A stretch of DNA of 64,000 bases from a bacterium (GCA_963663405.2 CAXXSM010000105.1:63326-127325); one strand, 5' to 3'; counted from the first letter of the stretch, positions 10,539 through 23,804 are shown. The notes: generated from the sequence alone by a model not told the origin. Program-made: numbers and translations.

Positions 10539-11387
10539 ATGGAAGCAGTCCACGATGCAATCCATGCGGCGACGGAACATGTGGCTGAGCATGCGGCAGG
10601 CGCCGTCTCTCATCCCCCGGAACTTCCCAATTTTATTCATCTTTTACACAACTGGCTTCCCGGTAATTTTGTAACGGATACGCTGTTATATTTTATGGAC
10701 CAGATTTTCGCGTTGCTGGTCATCGGCGTGATCGCGCTTTTCTTCTCCGCCGCTTCGAAGAATTGCTCCATTATCCCCGGCCGTTTGCAGGCATTGGCGG
10801 AGATGCTATTAGAAGGTTTATATGGCATCATCAGCGGGATTTTAGGCGAGAAAGAAGGCCGCCAGTATTTCCCGTTTTTGGCCTCGCTCTTTATTTTTAT
10901 TATATGTATGAACTGGTTCGGTTTGATTCCGCTGATGCGGTCTCCGACATCAAACATCTGCGTCACGGCGGGATTGGCGGTTTGTGTCTTTGGATTCGTC
11001 CAATATAGCGCATTCAAGCGCCTGGGTCCCAATGGGTATCTCTATCACCTGCTCGGTGAACCGAAAGACGCGATCGGCTGGGCGATGACGCCCCTGTTTC
11101 TCCCCCTTCATATCTTAGAAGAATTCATCAAGCCTCTCAGCCTCGCCTGCCGTCTCTATGGAAACGTGTTCGGTGAAGATGTGCTGTTGGGCGTGGGGAT
11201 GACTTTAGGGGCGGGCTTGATGTTATACATTTGGCCTGGCACATTTTTTGGATTTCCGTTTCACTTCCCCTTTGTATTATTGGCGATTTTATTGAGCGCG
11301 ATTCAGGCGCTGGTGTTTACCCTTCTTGCGACCGTGTATATCTCGATGGTCATTCCCCACGAGCATCACGAAGAAGGGCATGAATAA
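10539..11387 (+). CDS. atpB: ATP synthase Fo subunit a
   Basis: PGRLQALAE, NWFGLIP, KPLSLACRLYGN (essential Arg), IQALVFTLL..VY. Confidence 0.97.
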   Translation: MEAVHDAIHAATEHVAEHAAGAVSHPPELPNFIHLLHNWLPGNFVTDTLLYFMDQIFALLVIGVIALFFSAASKNCSIIPGRLQALAEMLLEGLYGIISGILGEKEGRQYFPFLASLFIFIICMNWFGLIPLMRSPTSNICVTAGLAVCVFGFVQYSAFKRLGPNGYLYHLLGEPKDAIGWAMTPLFLPLHILEEFIKPLSLACRLYGNVFGEDVLLGVGMTLGAGLMLYIWPGTFFGFPFHFPFVLLAILLSAIQALVFTLLATVYISMVIPHEHHEEGHE

Positions 11388-11490
11388 AAATCACTGATTA
11401 TCGATAAGAATGAATCTCGGTTCAATAACCGGGTGAGAATTGAAAAAATAGATAGACAGCCTGGTTCAGCGCCAGGCGCGGGAGGAAATA

Positions 11491-11721
11491 ATGGAAGAAC
11501 AACTCGCAACTTTCCTGACATCGCAGGGAGCCTATCACGTTGGACTCGGTTTGGCCGCTATTGGTTCCGGTTTGGGGCTGGGGATGGCCGTAAGTAAAGC
11601 GATGGAAGCGATGGGACGTCAGCCGGAAGCGGCGCCCCGCATTCAAACCGGTATGATCATCGGCTGCGCGTTTATCGAAGCCTTGACGATTTACGCTCTG
11701 ATTTCCAGTTTTATTCGTTGA
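11491..11721 (+). CDS. atpE: ATP synthase Fo subunit c
   Basis: GxGxGxG helix 1, GRQPE loop, FIEALTIY with ion-binding Glu; GGAGG RBS. Confidence 0.97.
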   Translation: MEEQLATFLTSQGAYHVGLGLAAIGSGLGLGMAVSKAMEAMGRQPEAAPRIQTGMIIGCAFIEALTIYALISSFIR

Positions 11722-11785
11722 TAATACCAATAATAGATTGGAATAAAACCACCCCAGAACGACGCCGCTGTAAGGAGGATCGATC

Positions 11786-12334
11786 GTGAGTTTATCGCAG
11801 CTCTACGCCATCAGTGGTTTAGTATTGACCACATCGGAGGGCGGGGAAATGACCGCGCCGTGGTACGTTCAGATTACCACGGTGATTTTCTGCTTTTTGC
11901 TGGTCTATTGGGTCCTGAAGCGGTACGCTTATGGGCCGATCCTTTCCATTATCGACGAACGGCGCGATAAGATCCAAGCGGATCTGAAAGAAGCCGCCGA
12001 TCTGCGCGACAAGGTGGATCAAGACCAAAAGGATTACGAAGAACGGTTGCGCAACATTCAAGAAGAAGCGCGCCAGGAAATGCAGAAGCTGATCAACGAA
12101 GGCAAAGGCATTGCGGATACGATCCGGGAGAAAGCCCGGCAGGACGCTTCCGCCATTCTCGAAAAAGCCGAAAAGAATATTCAGTTTGAAATGGAAAAAG
12201 CGCGCGCCGTTCTGAAGGAAGAGGTCGTCGATATGACGATCCGGGCGACCGAACAGCTCATCAAGGAACGACTCGACGATTCCAAGCACAAAGAACTGAT
12301 CGGAGACTTTTTGTCACGAATTGAAAGGAACTGA
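11786..12334 (+). CDS. atpF: ATP synthase Fo subunit b
   Basis: Single TM followed by charged coiled coil (YGPILSIIDERRDKI); operon position. Confidence 0.95.
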   Translation: MSLSQLYAISGLVLTTSEGGEMTAPWYVQITTVIFCFLLVYWVLKRYAYGPILSIIDERRDKIQADLKEAADLRDKVDQDQKDYEERLRNIQEEARQEMQKLINEGKGIADTIREKARQDASAILEKAEKNIQFEMEKARAVLKEEVVDMTIRATEQLIKERLDDSKHKELIGDFLSRIERN

Positions 12335-12337
12335 TCG

Positions 12338-12895
12338 GTGACGAGAGATCCATTAGTCGTTCAAAACTATGCGCGCGCGCTCTTTCATGTGATCCAAAAA
12401 CAAGGCGCGCCGCTCGAAGAAGCACTGGAGGAAGCCTGTGCGCTCCGGCGGCTGCTGAAGGATCAGCCGAAATTGTTTATCTTCCTATCCGGTCCTCAAT
12501 TCCGGGAGGAAGACAAGTCGCAGCTGGTGGAGAAGGTGTTTAAAGGGAATCTGAGCGATGTGTTCTACAAATTCCTGCAACTGCTCCTCGGGCGCGATCG
12601 CATTGAACATCTGATTGACATCCTGGAAGAACTCCGGAAAGTGATCGAAGAAGCGCAGGGATTGACCCTCGGTTCGGTGACCACAGCGATTCCTCTCAGC
12701 GAGGACGATCAGCGGGATTTCCAGGAAAAATTGGAAGCCTTCAGCAAACTCAAATTCGATCTCCGTTTCCGGGTGGATCCCAATCTGATCGGCGGAGTGA
12801 AAGTGAAGTATGGGGATATCTTGATCGATACCACCCTATCCAGTTATTTAAACGATCTCAGGCGCCGGTTGGCCGAAGTGCGGCTCGCTTCCTAA
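12338..12895 (+). CDS. atpH: ATP synthase F1 subunit delta
   Basis: NYARALF N-terminus; VDPNLIGGVKVKYGDILID C-terminal motif. Confidence 0.95.
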   Translation: MTRDPLVVQNYARALFHVIQKQGAPLEEALEEACALRRLLKDQPKLFIFLSGPQFREEDKSQLVEKVFKGNLSDVFYKFLQLLLGRDRIEHLIDILEELRKVIEEAQGLTLGSVTTAIPLSEDDQRDFQEKLEAFSKLKFDLRFRVDPNLIGGVKVKYGDILIDTTLSSYLNDLRRRLAEVRLAS

Positions 12896-12932
12896 GCGGG
12901 TCCTTCGAAAGTCCAGAGTATGGGGATAAACG

Positions 12933-14459
12933 ATGGCTCTACGACCAGAAGAAATAACCTCGGTTCTTGAAAAAGAACTCTCCTCATTCGAGACCGATCT
13001 GAAGATGGATACGGTCGGCACCATCCTGAGTTTAGGGGATGGAATCGCCACCATCTACGGTCTGGAAGAAGCGATGGCGGGCGAACTGCTCGAATTTCCG
13101 GGCGGCTTGATGGGTTTAGTGTTGAACTTGGAAGAGAATTCCGTTGGCGCGGCGCTCTTTGGTTCGGACCGGAACATCAAGGAAGGGGATATCGTCAAGC
13201 GCACGGGGCGCATCGCATCAGTCCCGGTGGGCGAAGCGATGGTGGGCCGCGTCGTCAATTCGATCGGTGAGCCAGTTGATGGCAAAGGCCCGATCGTAAC
13301 CCAGGAATACCGGAATATCGAACACCGCGCCCCCGGCGTTATTGAACGCCAACCCGTTAAAGAACCTCTCATGACGGGCTTAAAAGCCATCGATTCCATG
13401 ATTCCCATCGGGCGTGGCCAGCGGGAATTGATCATTGGCGACCGTGGCACGGGCAAAACCGCCGTTGCGATCGACGCTATCCTGAATCAAAAAAACACCG
13501 ACGTGTTCTGTATCTACGTCGCAATTGGCCAGAAAGCTTCCAGCGTTGCGGCGGTTGTGGATGTCCTCGAAAAGAACGGCGCAATGGAATACAGCACGGT
13601 CATCTCCGCCACGGCGGAGCAGCCGGCGCCGCTCCAATTTATCGCGCCCTACGCCGGGGCCGCGATGGGCGAGTTTTTCCTCAACAATGGAAAACACGTT
13701 CTCGTCATTTATGACGATCTGTCCAAACACGCGACTTCCTACCGTCAACTCTCGCTTCTTCTGCGGCGTCCACCGGGCCGGGAAGCGTATCCGGGCGACG
13801 TCTTTTACCTGCACAGCCGCCTGCTTGAACGCGCGGTGAAACTGAGTGAAGCGAACGGCGGAGGATCACTCACCGCCTTGCCTATCATCGAAACCCAAGC
13901 CGGGGACGTCTCCGCTTACATTCCCACCAACGTGATCTCGATCACCGACGGTCAGATTTATCTTGAACCGGATCTGTTCTATGCGGGGATCAAGCCGGCG
14001 ATTAATGTCGGTCTTTCTGTTTCCCGTGTGGGTGGAAACGCGCAGACGAAGGCGATGAAAGCAGTTGGTGGGCGTTTGCGTCTCGATCTGGCGCAGTATC
14101 GCGAACTCGCCGCGTTCGCCCAGTTCGGTTCGGATCTGGACAAAGCGACCCAGGCCCAGCTGACCCGTGGCGAGAAGATGACGGAGATTCTAAAACAAGG
14201 GCAGTATCAACCCAAAACCTTGGAAGAACAGGTCGTCATCATTTTCGCGGGAACACGTGGATACCTGGATGACATGCCGCTAAATCGCATACAAGAATTT
14301 GAAGAAAAACTGATCCCGTATTTAAATAAGAACTATCAAGACGTTATTCATGCGATCGAAGATACGAAAGTTCTATCCGAAGAAACCACAAAACGGCTGG
14401 AAGAAGGCTTAACGAAATTCAAAGAAGCCTTTCTCGCCGATACGCTATCTGCAGAATAA
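12933..14459 (+). CDS. atpA: ATP synthase F1 subunit alpha
   Basis: [52 protein letters not shown]. Confidence 0.99.
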   Translation: MALRPEEITSVLEKELSSFETDLKMDTVGTILSLGDGIATIYGLEEAMAGELLEFPGGLMGLVLNLEENSVGAALFGSDRNIKEGDIVKRTGRIASVPVGEAMVGRVVNSIGEPVDGKGPIVTQEYRNIEHRAPGVIERQPVKEPLMTGLKAIDSMIPIGRGQRELIIGDRGTGKTAVAIDAILNQKNTDVFCIYVAIGQKASSVAAVVDVLEKNGAMEYSTVISATAEQPAPLQFIAPYAGAAMGEFFLNNGKHVLVIYDDLSKHATSYRQLSLLLRRPPGREAYPGDVFYLHSRLLERAVKLSEANGGGSLTALPIIETQAGDVSAYIPTNVISITDGQIYLEPDLFYAGIKPAINVGLSVSRVGGNAQTKAMKAVGGRLRLDLAQYRELAAFAQFGSDLDKATQAQLTRGEKMTEILKQGQYQPKTLEEQVVIIFAGTRGYLDDMPLNRIQEFEEKLIPYLNKNYQDVIHAIEDTKVLSEETTKRLEEGLTKFKEAFLADTLSAE

Positions 14460-14487
14460 AGACTCTTGATTTGAGCAGGGAATTGTT

Positions 14488-15378
14488 ATGCCTTCTCTCA
14501 AGGATTTACGCCGCCGCATCCGGACCGTGGATAACACAAAACTGATCACCCGCGCGATGCGCTCGGTCGCCGCTTCGAAAAAGAGGCGTACGCAGGAACG
14601 GAAAGAACGAGCGGAACCGTATGTGAACCGGCTGCGGGAATTGATCGGCCGGTTGACTGGTGACGCGGCGTTTGAGGGACAGCCTCTGGCGGAAGAGCGT
14701 GAAGTGAAAAAACGCCTGCTCGTTCTGATCTCCGCCGACCGGGGATTGTGCGGCGCGTTCAACGCGACGATCAACCGGTATGCGTACGATTATTATAAAA
14801 CGTTCGCGCCGGGAGAAGCGGACCTGCTGATTTGCGGACGCCGCGTGCGGGATTATTTCCGAAAACGGCAATGTACAGCCATTAAAGAATATACTGAATT
14901 CGCGGGGAATCTCATAACATCGAGTATCATGGACATCGCAAAGGAGATTTGCCAACTCTTTCTAGACCGTGAATATGATGAGATTGAATTTATCCATAAC
15001 TATTCAGTCTCGGCGATGTCCTATCGGCCCCGGCGGGAAATTCTTTTACCCCTAAAGAAAGAAAACCTCGAACAACCGGAGTCAACTCAGGCGAAAACCG
15101 GAGTTTTGCACGCGCAGACAGAGTACATCTTCGAACCGGACGCGAAGACTTTATTAGAACGTCTTCTGCCAATGTACGTGCAGACACGTGTGCTCTATAT
15201 TTTCGCCGACGCCTTCTCCGCCGAACATCAAGCGCGGATGATCGCGATGACGGCGGCGAATGATAATTGTGAAGAATTGCTTCAAACCTTAACGCTGGAA
15301 ATGAACAAAGCGCGGCAGTCGATGATTACCAGGGAACTCCTGGACATCGTCGGCGGCTCCGAAGCTTTGTCAGGATAA
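14488..15378 (+). CDS. atpG: ATP synthase F1 subunit gamma
   Basis: ITRAMRSVAASK, ADRGLCGAFN, EHQARMIAM, NKARQSMITRELLDIVGG. Confidence 0.97.
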   Translation: MPSLKDLRRRIRTVDNTKLITRAMRSVAASKKRRTQERKERAEPYVNRLRELIGRLTGDAAFEGQPLAEEREVKKRLLVLISADRGLCGAFNATINRYAYDYYKTFAPGEADLLICGRRVRDYFRKRQCTAIKEYTEFAGNLITSSIMDIAKEICQLFLDREYDEIEFIHNYSVSAMSYRPRREILLPLKKENLEQPESTQAKTGVLHAQTEYIFEPDAKTLLERLLPMYVQTRVLYIFADAFSAEHQARMIAMTAANDNCEELLQTLTLEMNKARQSMITRELLDIVGGSEALSG

Positions 15379-15446
15379 CGATTCCTTTTCGGATCGTTGA
15401 ATGATTGAATGAGTAACTCAACGTTTTTACGTTAAACACATAGTGA

Positions 15447-16862
<1,416 letters not shown>

Positions 16863-16875
16863 GGGAGATTGGATT

Positions 16876-17142
16876 ATGGCGGTGACCTATCCCCTCCGAA
16901 TCGTCACACCGGATGAATCGGTTTATGACGGCGAGATCGAATCTCTTATTCTTCCCGCCGCTCTTGGATCGATGGGCGTTCTCGCCCATCACGCTCCCTT
17001 GCTGACCTATCTGACACAGGGAAAAATGATGATACGGGATGGCGAAGGCAAAACGCGGTACTTTGAAGTCAATGGGGGCATTCTCGAAATCAGCGAAGGA
17101 GGCGCCGCGACGATTCTGGCGGATCAAATCCAGCCGCTTTAA
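16876..17142 (+). CDS. atpC: ATP synthase F1 subunit epsilon (beta-sandwich domain only)
   Basis: LRIVTPD, GSMGVLAHHAPLLT, VNGGILEI...TILAD; ends at 88 aa. Confidence 0.93.
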   Translation: MAVTYPLRIVTPDESVYDGEIESLILPAALGSMGVLAHHAPLLTYLTQGKMMIRDGEGKTRYFEVNGGILEISEGGAATILADQIQPL

Positions 17143-17245
17143 AACGAGATCCTGCGCCGATTCTTACTGAACGAGTGTATCCAATCCCCTTGGCTTTCAG
17201 AATAAGGAATCCTCTAGTTACCCGCGCTTTGCCGCCCAATTCATC

Positions 17246-17292
17246 GCGGCGCCTCACGACTGAAGACTGTCAAACGTATACGAAGGCGCCGC
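17246..17292. other. GC-rich inverted repeat downstream of the atp operon
   Basis: GCGGCGCCT (17246-17254) and AGGCGCCGC (17284-17292); no U-tract. Confidence 0.45.
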
Positions 17293-17354
17293 AAGGTATT
17301 CGAAGGAATTGAGAAGTCTCTTGTCTTACTGTATTTTAATGAAAATGAGTTTCC

Positions 17355-17384
17355 GGTGGGTCGATCAAGCGTGACCCACCCTAC
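17355..17384 (-). repeat. GTAG-type REP-like palindromic element
   Basis: Minus strand reads GTAG-GGTGGGTC-ACGCTTGATC-GACCCACC: GTAG tetranucleotide followed by a perfect 8-bp stem; single copy in this window. Confidence 0.6.
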
Positions 17385-17467
17385 ATAATTTTATTTGCAT
17401 TTGCGCGTGTGATCTTGATCATGATGGTTTATATATATGATAACTATTGTATGTAAGGAGAGAATTG

Positions 17468-18709
17468 ATGTACGAAAAAATAACCGTGCCATCCGATGGT
17501 AAAAAGATTGAACTTCAAAATGACAATCTGATCGTACCAGATAATCCTATTATTCCATTTGTAGAAGGAGATGGAATCGGGACAGACATTTCACCCGCGA
17601 TGAAGCGGGTGGTCAACGCCGCCGTGGAAAAAGCGTTCGGCGGCTCCAAAAAAATCGCCTGGATGGAAGTGTACGCGGGTGAGAAGGCGAATGAACTGTA
17701 TGGCAGTTATCTCCCCCAAGAAACCTTGGACGCGTTCACAGAATTTCACGTCGCCATCAAAGGCCCGTTGACGACGCCTGTCGGTGGCGGATTCCGCTCG
17801 TTGAACGTATCAATCCGGCAGCTATTGGATCTCTATGCCTGCGTCCGGCCGGTCCGCTATTTCCGGGGTGTCCCCAGCCCGGTGAAACGCCCGGATAAAC
17901 TCAATGTGGTGATCGTTCGTGAAAATACAGAAGACGTATACGCGGGAATCGAATGGCGGCAGGGCACGCCGGAAGTGAAAAAAGTCATCGATTTCCTCAA
18001 TCAAGAGATGGGAAAGAAAATCCGGGAGGATTCGGGGATCGGAATTAAGCCTATTAGCGTTTTTGGAAGCAAACGCTTGATTCGCGCGGCGATCAAATAC
18101 GCCCAAAAGCGCAAACGGGACTCTGTCACCCTTGTTCACAAGGGCAACATCATGAAATTCACGGAAGGCGCGTTCCGGGATTGGGGATACGAATTGGGCC
18201 GGGATGAATTCGCTGATTTGATCGTCTCGGAAGCGGACTTGTGGGACAACCTCAATGGCAAAATGCCGGAGGGGAAAATTCTGCTGAAAGACCGGATCGC
18301 CGATTCTATCTTCCAGCAAGTGCTCTTGCGCCCGGATGAATATTCCGTGTTGGCCACGCCCAACTTAAACGGAGATTATATCTCCGACGCCTGCGCCGCC
18401 CAGGTCGGCGGATTGGGATTGGCGCCCGGCGCCAATATCGGTGACACGGTGGCCGTGTTTGAAGCGACGCATGGAACAGCGCCCAAGTACGCGGGAATGG
18501 ATAAAGTCAATCCAGGTTCTTTGATTCTCTCCGCCGTGATGATGCTGGAACACCTGGGCTGGGATGACGCGGCCAACTTGGTTATTCATGGTATTGAACA
18601 AGCGATCGAGAAAAAACAGGTCACCTACGATCTCGAACGGCAAATGGAAGGCGCGTCTCTCTTGAAATGCTCCGAATTTGGCGAAGCGATCGTCGCCAAT
18701 ATGGATTGA
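17468..18709 (+). CDS. icd: Isocitrate dehydrogenase, NADP-dependent
   Basis: [63 protein letters not shown] (Lys-Tyr NADP determinants); AAGGAG RBS before ATG 17468. Confidence 0.97.
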   Translation: MYEKITVPSDGKKIELQNDNLIVPDNPIIPFVEGDGIGTDISPAMKRVVNAAVEKAFGGSKKIAWMEVYAGEKANELYGSYLPQETLDAFTEFHVAIKGPLTTPVGGGFRSLNVSIRQLLDLYACVRPVRYFRGVPSPVKRPDKLNVVIVRENTEDVYAGIEWRQGTPEVKKVIDFLNQEMGKKIREDSGIGIKPISVFGSKRLIRAAIKYAQKRKRDSVTLVHKGNIMKFTEGAFRDWGYELGRDEFADLIVSEADLWDNLNGKMPEGKILLKDRIADSIFQQVLLRPDEYSVLATPNLNGDYISDACAAQVGGLGLAPGANIGDTVAVFEATHGTAPKYAGMDKVNPGSLILSAVMMLEHLGWDDAANLVIHGIEQAIEKKQVTYDLERQMEGASLLKCSEFGEAIVANMD

Positions 18710-18793
18710 TTTTCTCTACTGCCGTCAAAACGAAGTTCGTGAAAAGGGATGCGAAATTCGTCTTAATTTTTGAGTTTAACTTGAAGTAAATGA

Positions 18794-19747
<954 letters not shown>

Positions 19748-19780
19748 ACAGAGATGAAAACACGTTTTTAACGGACAGAC

Positions 19781-19815
19781 CGCCCGGCTCAGTCAGGATG
19801 GGCCGGGCGTTTTTT
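19781..19815 (+). terminator. Rho-independent terminator of icd-mdh
   Basis: CGCCCGGCTCA / TGGGCCGGGCG stem (one G-U pair) followed by T6. Confidence 0.85.
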
Positions 19816-19958
19816 CATTTCACACACAGTCGACATTTTACCGTTTCGTCATATAATGACAAAATAGCCACTATCGATAATGAGCGATCTGTTTGGCTAA
19901 CGCACGGCTATTCCAGACGACGCCATTGAAGTGGCTCTGGACTGAAGAGGTACGATGA

Positions 19959-20609
19959 ATGAAGATCAAATATATTGGTCATTCGACATTTTTACTTACT
20001 AGTGACAATGGCATCCGCATTTTGACCGATCCATACAAACCGGGCGCCTATGGCGGAGGACTCACGTATGGTCCCATCACTGATTCCGCGGATATTGTCG
20101 TATTAAGCCATGAACATGAAGACCATGCGGATATCGAAAGTCTTCCCAACTCCCCTCTTGTCGTTCGCACCGACGCGCTCGCGCGTGGGATCGCGTTTGA
20201 TGTCGTGGAAACCTACCACGATGACGCAGGCGGTGAGAAACGCGGTAAAAACCGGGTGACCTGTTTCGAACTGGATGGAATTCGTGTTTGCCATTTGGGC
20301 GATCTGGGCCATGTGCTGTCTCCCGAACAGGTGGAAGAGATCGGACAAGTGGATATTCTTCTGCTGCCCGTCGGCGGCACATTCACAATCGGCCCTGTGG
20401 AAGCGGCGGAAGTGATGAGATTAATCAGTCCCAGCATCGTTATCCCCATGCATTTTAAAAGTGAAAAATGTGGTTTCCCCATTGAACCGGTGGAGACGTT
20501 TTTAAAAGAGAAAGAACAGATACGCCGTTCTTCTTCCAGCGAAGTTGTCATTAATAAAGAAGATATAGTGGATAAATGTTCGGTTCTTTATTTACCTCCC
20601 AGCAATTGA
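19959..20609 (+). CDS. MBL-fold metallo-hydrolase
   Basis: YIGHSTF, LTDPY, LSHEHEDH (HxHxDH), HLGDLGH, LPVGG, IPMH. Confidence 0.9.
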   Translation: MKIKYIGHSTFLLTSDNGIRILTDPYKPGAYGGGLTYGPITDSADIVVLSHEHEDHADIESLPNSPLVVRTDALARGIAFDVVETYHDDAGGEKRGKNRVTCFELDGIRVCHLGDLGHVLSPEQVEEIGQVDILLLPVGGTFTIGPVEAAEVMRLISPSIVIPMHFKSEKCGFPIEPVETFLKEKEQIRRSSSSEVVINKEDIVDKCSVLYLPPSN

Positions 20610-20622
20610 CTGTCTGTGATGA

Positions 20623-20976
<354 letters not shown>

Positions 20977-21045
20977 AACAGCCTTTAAAGTTGAAATAGT
21001 ACCGCGACCCCAAAGAATTCGTAAAACTCCGCTCCAGCAGGCGCC

Positions 21046-22821
21046 ATGCTTCGAGACTTGTACGATCTCAACAAAAAGGCGTTTCGTTTCCGCTATCCAA
21101 ACACCGCGGACGGTTTGAATTTTCCCTCCCCCAACGAAGCGCTGCTCTTGGACTCTCATCCTGATATTTCCCATCCGAAGTCATTGATTCCTAAAGATTG
21201 GAAACAAACTAGTGGAATCAAATCGCGCGCCATCATCGCGCTGGACCTCCCGTGTCTGTTTTCTCTCTACGCTGAAATCGCTGGGGATTCGTCCATCGGA
21301 CTGATCGTCATCGAACCGGATTGGAGAAATCTTGCCCTGGCGTTCTCAACAGAAGACTATCGGGAATTGATTCTATCCCCCTATGTGTTTTGGATCGTGG
21401 GAGAAAATTGGAGCGATTCTCTTGCCAGTTTTATTACGAAACAAGGGATCTTTCATCTCACTCCCCAAGAGTTCCACATCATTCCTTCACCCAGCGAATC
21501 ATCACAAAAAAAAGATCAAATTGAACAAGCGCAATATGTTCTGTCGTCTTCAATTCGAGCGTCCCGGATCGCGTTTCAAAAAAAAGGCGATGCGCTCCGG
21601 CGCGCTGTTCCGGCATCCCTAAAAAACAACCGGCTCCGAATTTGGGCGCATATTGAATCCAAAGCGACCGTTTACAAAGGATTGACACGCTCTTTCATGG
21701 ACGCGCTGGCGCGGCGGGGATGCGAGATACATCTCTCGAATTACCAAGAAGAATGGCTCGCGCAGGGAAAAATCACTTCTGAACTCGTTAATTTCTCTCC
21801 AGACGCGTTGTTTTTTCTCAATGGCCCTTCTCCACATATCCTGCGTTACTTAGGGGTGGACCGGTTTTTCCCCCAATCCCTTCCCTGCCGGAGACTGACT
21901 TGGTATGTTGACAGTCCCCGCTATTTATCCCTCCCGGACGAAGCGCGGCGGGATTACAGTGTTGATGATATAGCCGTGGCGGACAGCGCGTTTCTCGATG
22001 AATTCGAATTGGACCGATGCCGGAGCGCCTTCCATCTGCCTCCAGCCGCCATGATCGATCGAAGAGGGAATTACGATTCTTCATTGGATTTTCCAGCCGT
22101 CTATGTGGGGAGCATAATCGATATGCGTCCATACTTAGAAAAACTATCGGCTAGCGCTCGCGGCGTTCTCCTTGAACTAGTCCGAGAGAAACGAAAACAA
22201 CCAGCGATCGCAAATGATTTACTCATACAAAACGCGGGCCTATCTACAACCCAACTTGATGAATTGACACAATGCGCCCTGCGATATAACCAAGAACGCC
22301 TCCAAAAACGTTTCCCCAACGCCGATCGGACCTTAGAATATTTCATATATGTGGTCACGACATTTATCAGCCGCTGGGAAGCCGTTGAGGCGCTGTTGCC
22401 ATTGGGATTGCACATTTTCGGCCCGGATGACTGGCTCCCTCTTCTAGGCGATCGATACCAGGACCGTCATCATGGAATTATGGAATGGGAACGCCTGCCC
22501 GATTGTTACGCGTCGGCCCGGATTAACCTGAACGCGCACAGCGCCCAGTGCCCCACAAGCTTCAATGTGCGCGATTTCGACGTATTGCGGGCGGGTGGCT
22601 TTTTATTGACAGATTGGGTGGAAGATGTGGAAAAAGGCTATCTCGAAGAAGGCAAGGATTTCTGCATATACCGGAACATCGAAGATCTTCAAAACAAGGT
22701 CATGCATTACACCAACCACGCTGATGAAAGAGAAGCGATCGCGGAACAGGGCTGCGAACAAGTCCGCCGCTACCATACAGCAGACCAGCGCGCCGAAACG
22801 ATTGTGAATGTGTTGCAATGA
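21046..22821 (+). CDS. CgeB-like (GT-B) glycosyltransferase with N-terminal Maf-like domain
   Basis: C-terminal YASARINLN...SFNVRDFDVLRAGGFLLTD...Y..H..ERE.IA..G...V...HT...R is typical of CgeB/Glyco_trans_1_2; TWYVDSP motif. Confidence 0.75.
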   Translation: MLRDLYDLNKKAFRFRYPNTADGLNFPSPNEALLLDSHPDISHPKSLIPKDWKQTSGIKSRAIIALDLPCLFSLYAEIAGDSSIGLIVIEPDWRNLALAFSTEDYRELILSPYVFWIVGENWSDSLASFITKQGIFHLTPQEFHIIPSPSESSQKKDQIEQAQYVLSSSIRASRIAFQKKGDALRRAVPASLKNNRLRIWAHIESKATVYKGLTRSFMDALARRGCEIHLSNYQEEWLAQGKITSELVNFSPDALFFLNGPSPHILRYLGVDRFFPQSLPCRRLTWYVDSPRYLSLPDEARRDYSVDDIAVADSAFLDEFELDRCRSAFHLPPAAMIDRRGNYDSSLDFPAVYVGSIIDMRPYLEKLSASARGVLLELVREKRKQPAIANDLLIQNAGLSTTQLDELTQCALRYNQERLQKRFPNADRTLEYFIYVVTTFISRWEAVEALLPLGLHIFGPDDWLPLLGDRYQDRHHGIMEWERLPDCYASARINLNAHSAQCPTSFNVRDFDVLRAGGFLLTDWVEDVEKGYLEEGKDFCIYRNIEDLQNKVMHYTNHADEREAIAEQGCEQVRRYHTADQRAETIVNVLQ

Positions 22822-22916
22822 TAGGAGCAAACCAGGAAAACGAAGGGATTTAAGAAAACTCCATCAGAAAAGACAACGTGTATTAATCAATGAATATGGT
22901 TATATATTATGGGCAA

Positions 22917-23381
22917 TCAATAATAAGTATTTTCTACAAAATCAATAGATTCAATGGATGGAGTTCTAAAAGTAAATACAGTGTTACCGTTCTTATTGGT
23001 TATTACAAAATCACCTAAAGTAATAATATCCATTCCAATCAATACATCATCACCGCCAATATCTCCTTCACACACATGAACCCCATTGACTTCATAATTA
23101 TTCGTCAAAATAAAATTAACAAAATATGTATTTGCCGCATGAAAACCGGCGACGGTTACCATTTCAGCAAAACCCGTCGGTTTTAAACGACATTCTTCGA
23201 TTACTCTTTTTGAAATCACAGAATTTGTAGCTCCTGTATCCCAGATCGCAATAAATGACTTTTGGATAATATCCGTTGGTGGATTGTTTGGATTGAATGA
23301 TTTGGATATTGTTATCTCCGATTTAATTTCTCGAGCAATACCTTCATATTTAATTGTAAACGGTTTTGGTTTTATTGACAT
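22917..23381 (-). CDS. Retropepsin-like (clan AA) aspartic protease
   Basis: AIWDTGAT catalytic motif and DVLIGMDII psi-loop motif; single-domain, 154 aa; AT-rich. Confidence 0.85.
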   Translation of the reverse strand: MSIKPKPFTIKYEGIAREIKSEITISKSFNPNNPPTDIIQKSFIAIWDTGATNSVISKRVIEECRLKPTGFAEMVTVAGFHAANTYFVNFILTNNYEVNGVHVCEGDIGGDDVLIGMDIITLGDFVITNKNGNTVFTFRTPSIESIDFVENTYY

Positions 23382-23390
23382 TTGATTCGT

Positions 23391-23636
23391 TTATGTAAAC
23401 GCTACCCTTGAATGAAATCTCCGTGTGTAACTATCACTCCCCGGCTCACATTTTTGGACGAGAAACGTGCCAAGTTCTTCCTTCTTCGAAGTTTCTTCGA
23501 TCGCTTCCAAATCCGAATCAAAGACGCCTATCAATTCACAATTTTTAATAACGAGAATTTTGCCATTGTATTTTTCAACGAATGAATCTTGATTTTCAAT
23601 ATAATATTCAAATTCTTTTTCAAGTGGTTTGGACAT
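23391..23636 (-). CDS. Small acidic protein, DUF5678-like (81 aa)
   Basis: GGAGGTGA RBS before ATG 23636; F.YY..N...F.EKY.GK..VIK..E.IG pattern resembles DUF5678. Confidence 0.65.
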   Translation of the reverse strand: MSKPLEKEFEYYIENQDSFVEKYNGKILVIKNCELIGVFDSDLEAIEETSKKEELGTFLVQKCEPGSDSYTRRFHSRVAFT

Positions 23637-23804
23637 CGTATCACCTCCACTCACATTGAAAACTCTTTCCTTTCCATGCAGCTTCTTCCTATCTAAAAGC
23701 ACCGTAATAATCGCTCTTACTAATAGTATAATAATAAATCGTTCACTGCAAGTAATTAATTTTCATAGATAAAAATCATTCATGTTTGGACTATGTGGAA
23801 AATC

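Noticed and set aside
11491-11721. Na+-translocating ATP synthase or N-ATPase
   Set aside because: Subunit c lacks the Na+ ligands and the gene order is the standard F-type order with atpH present
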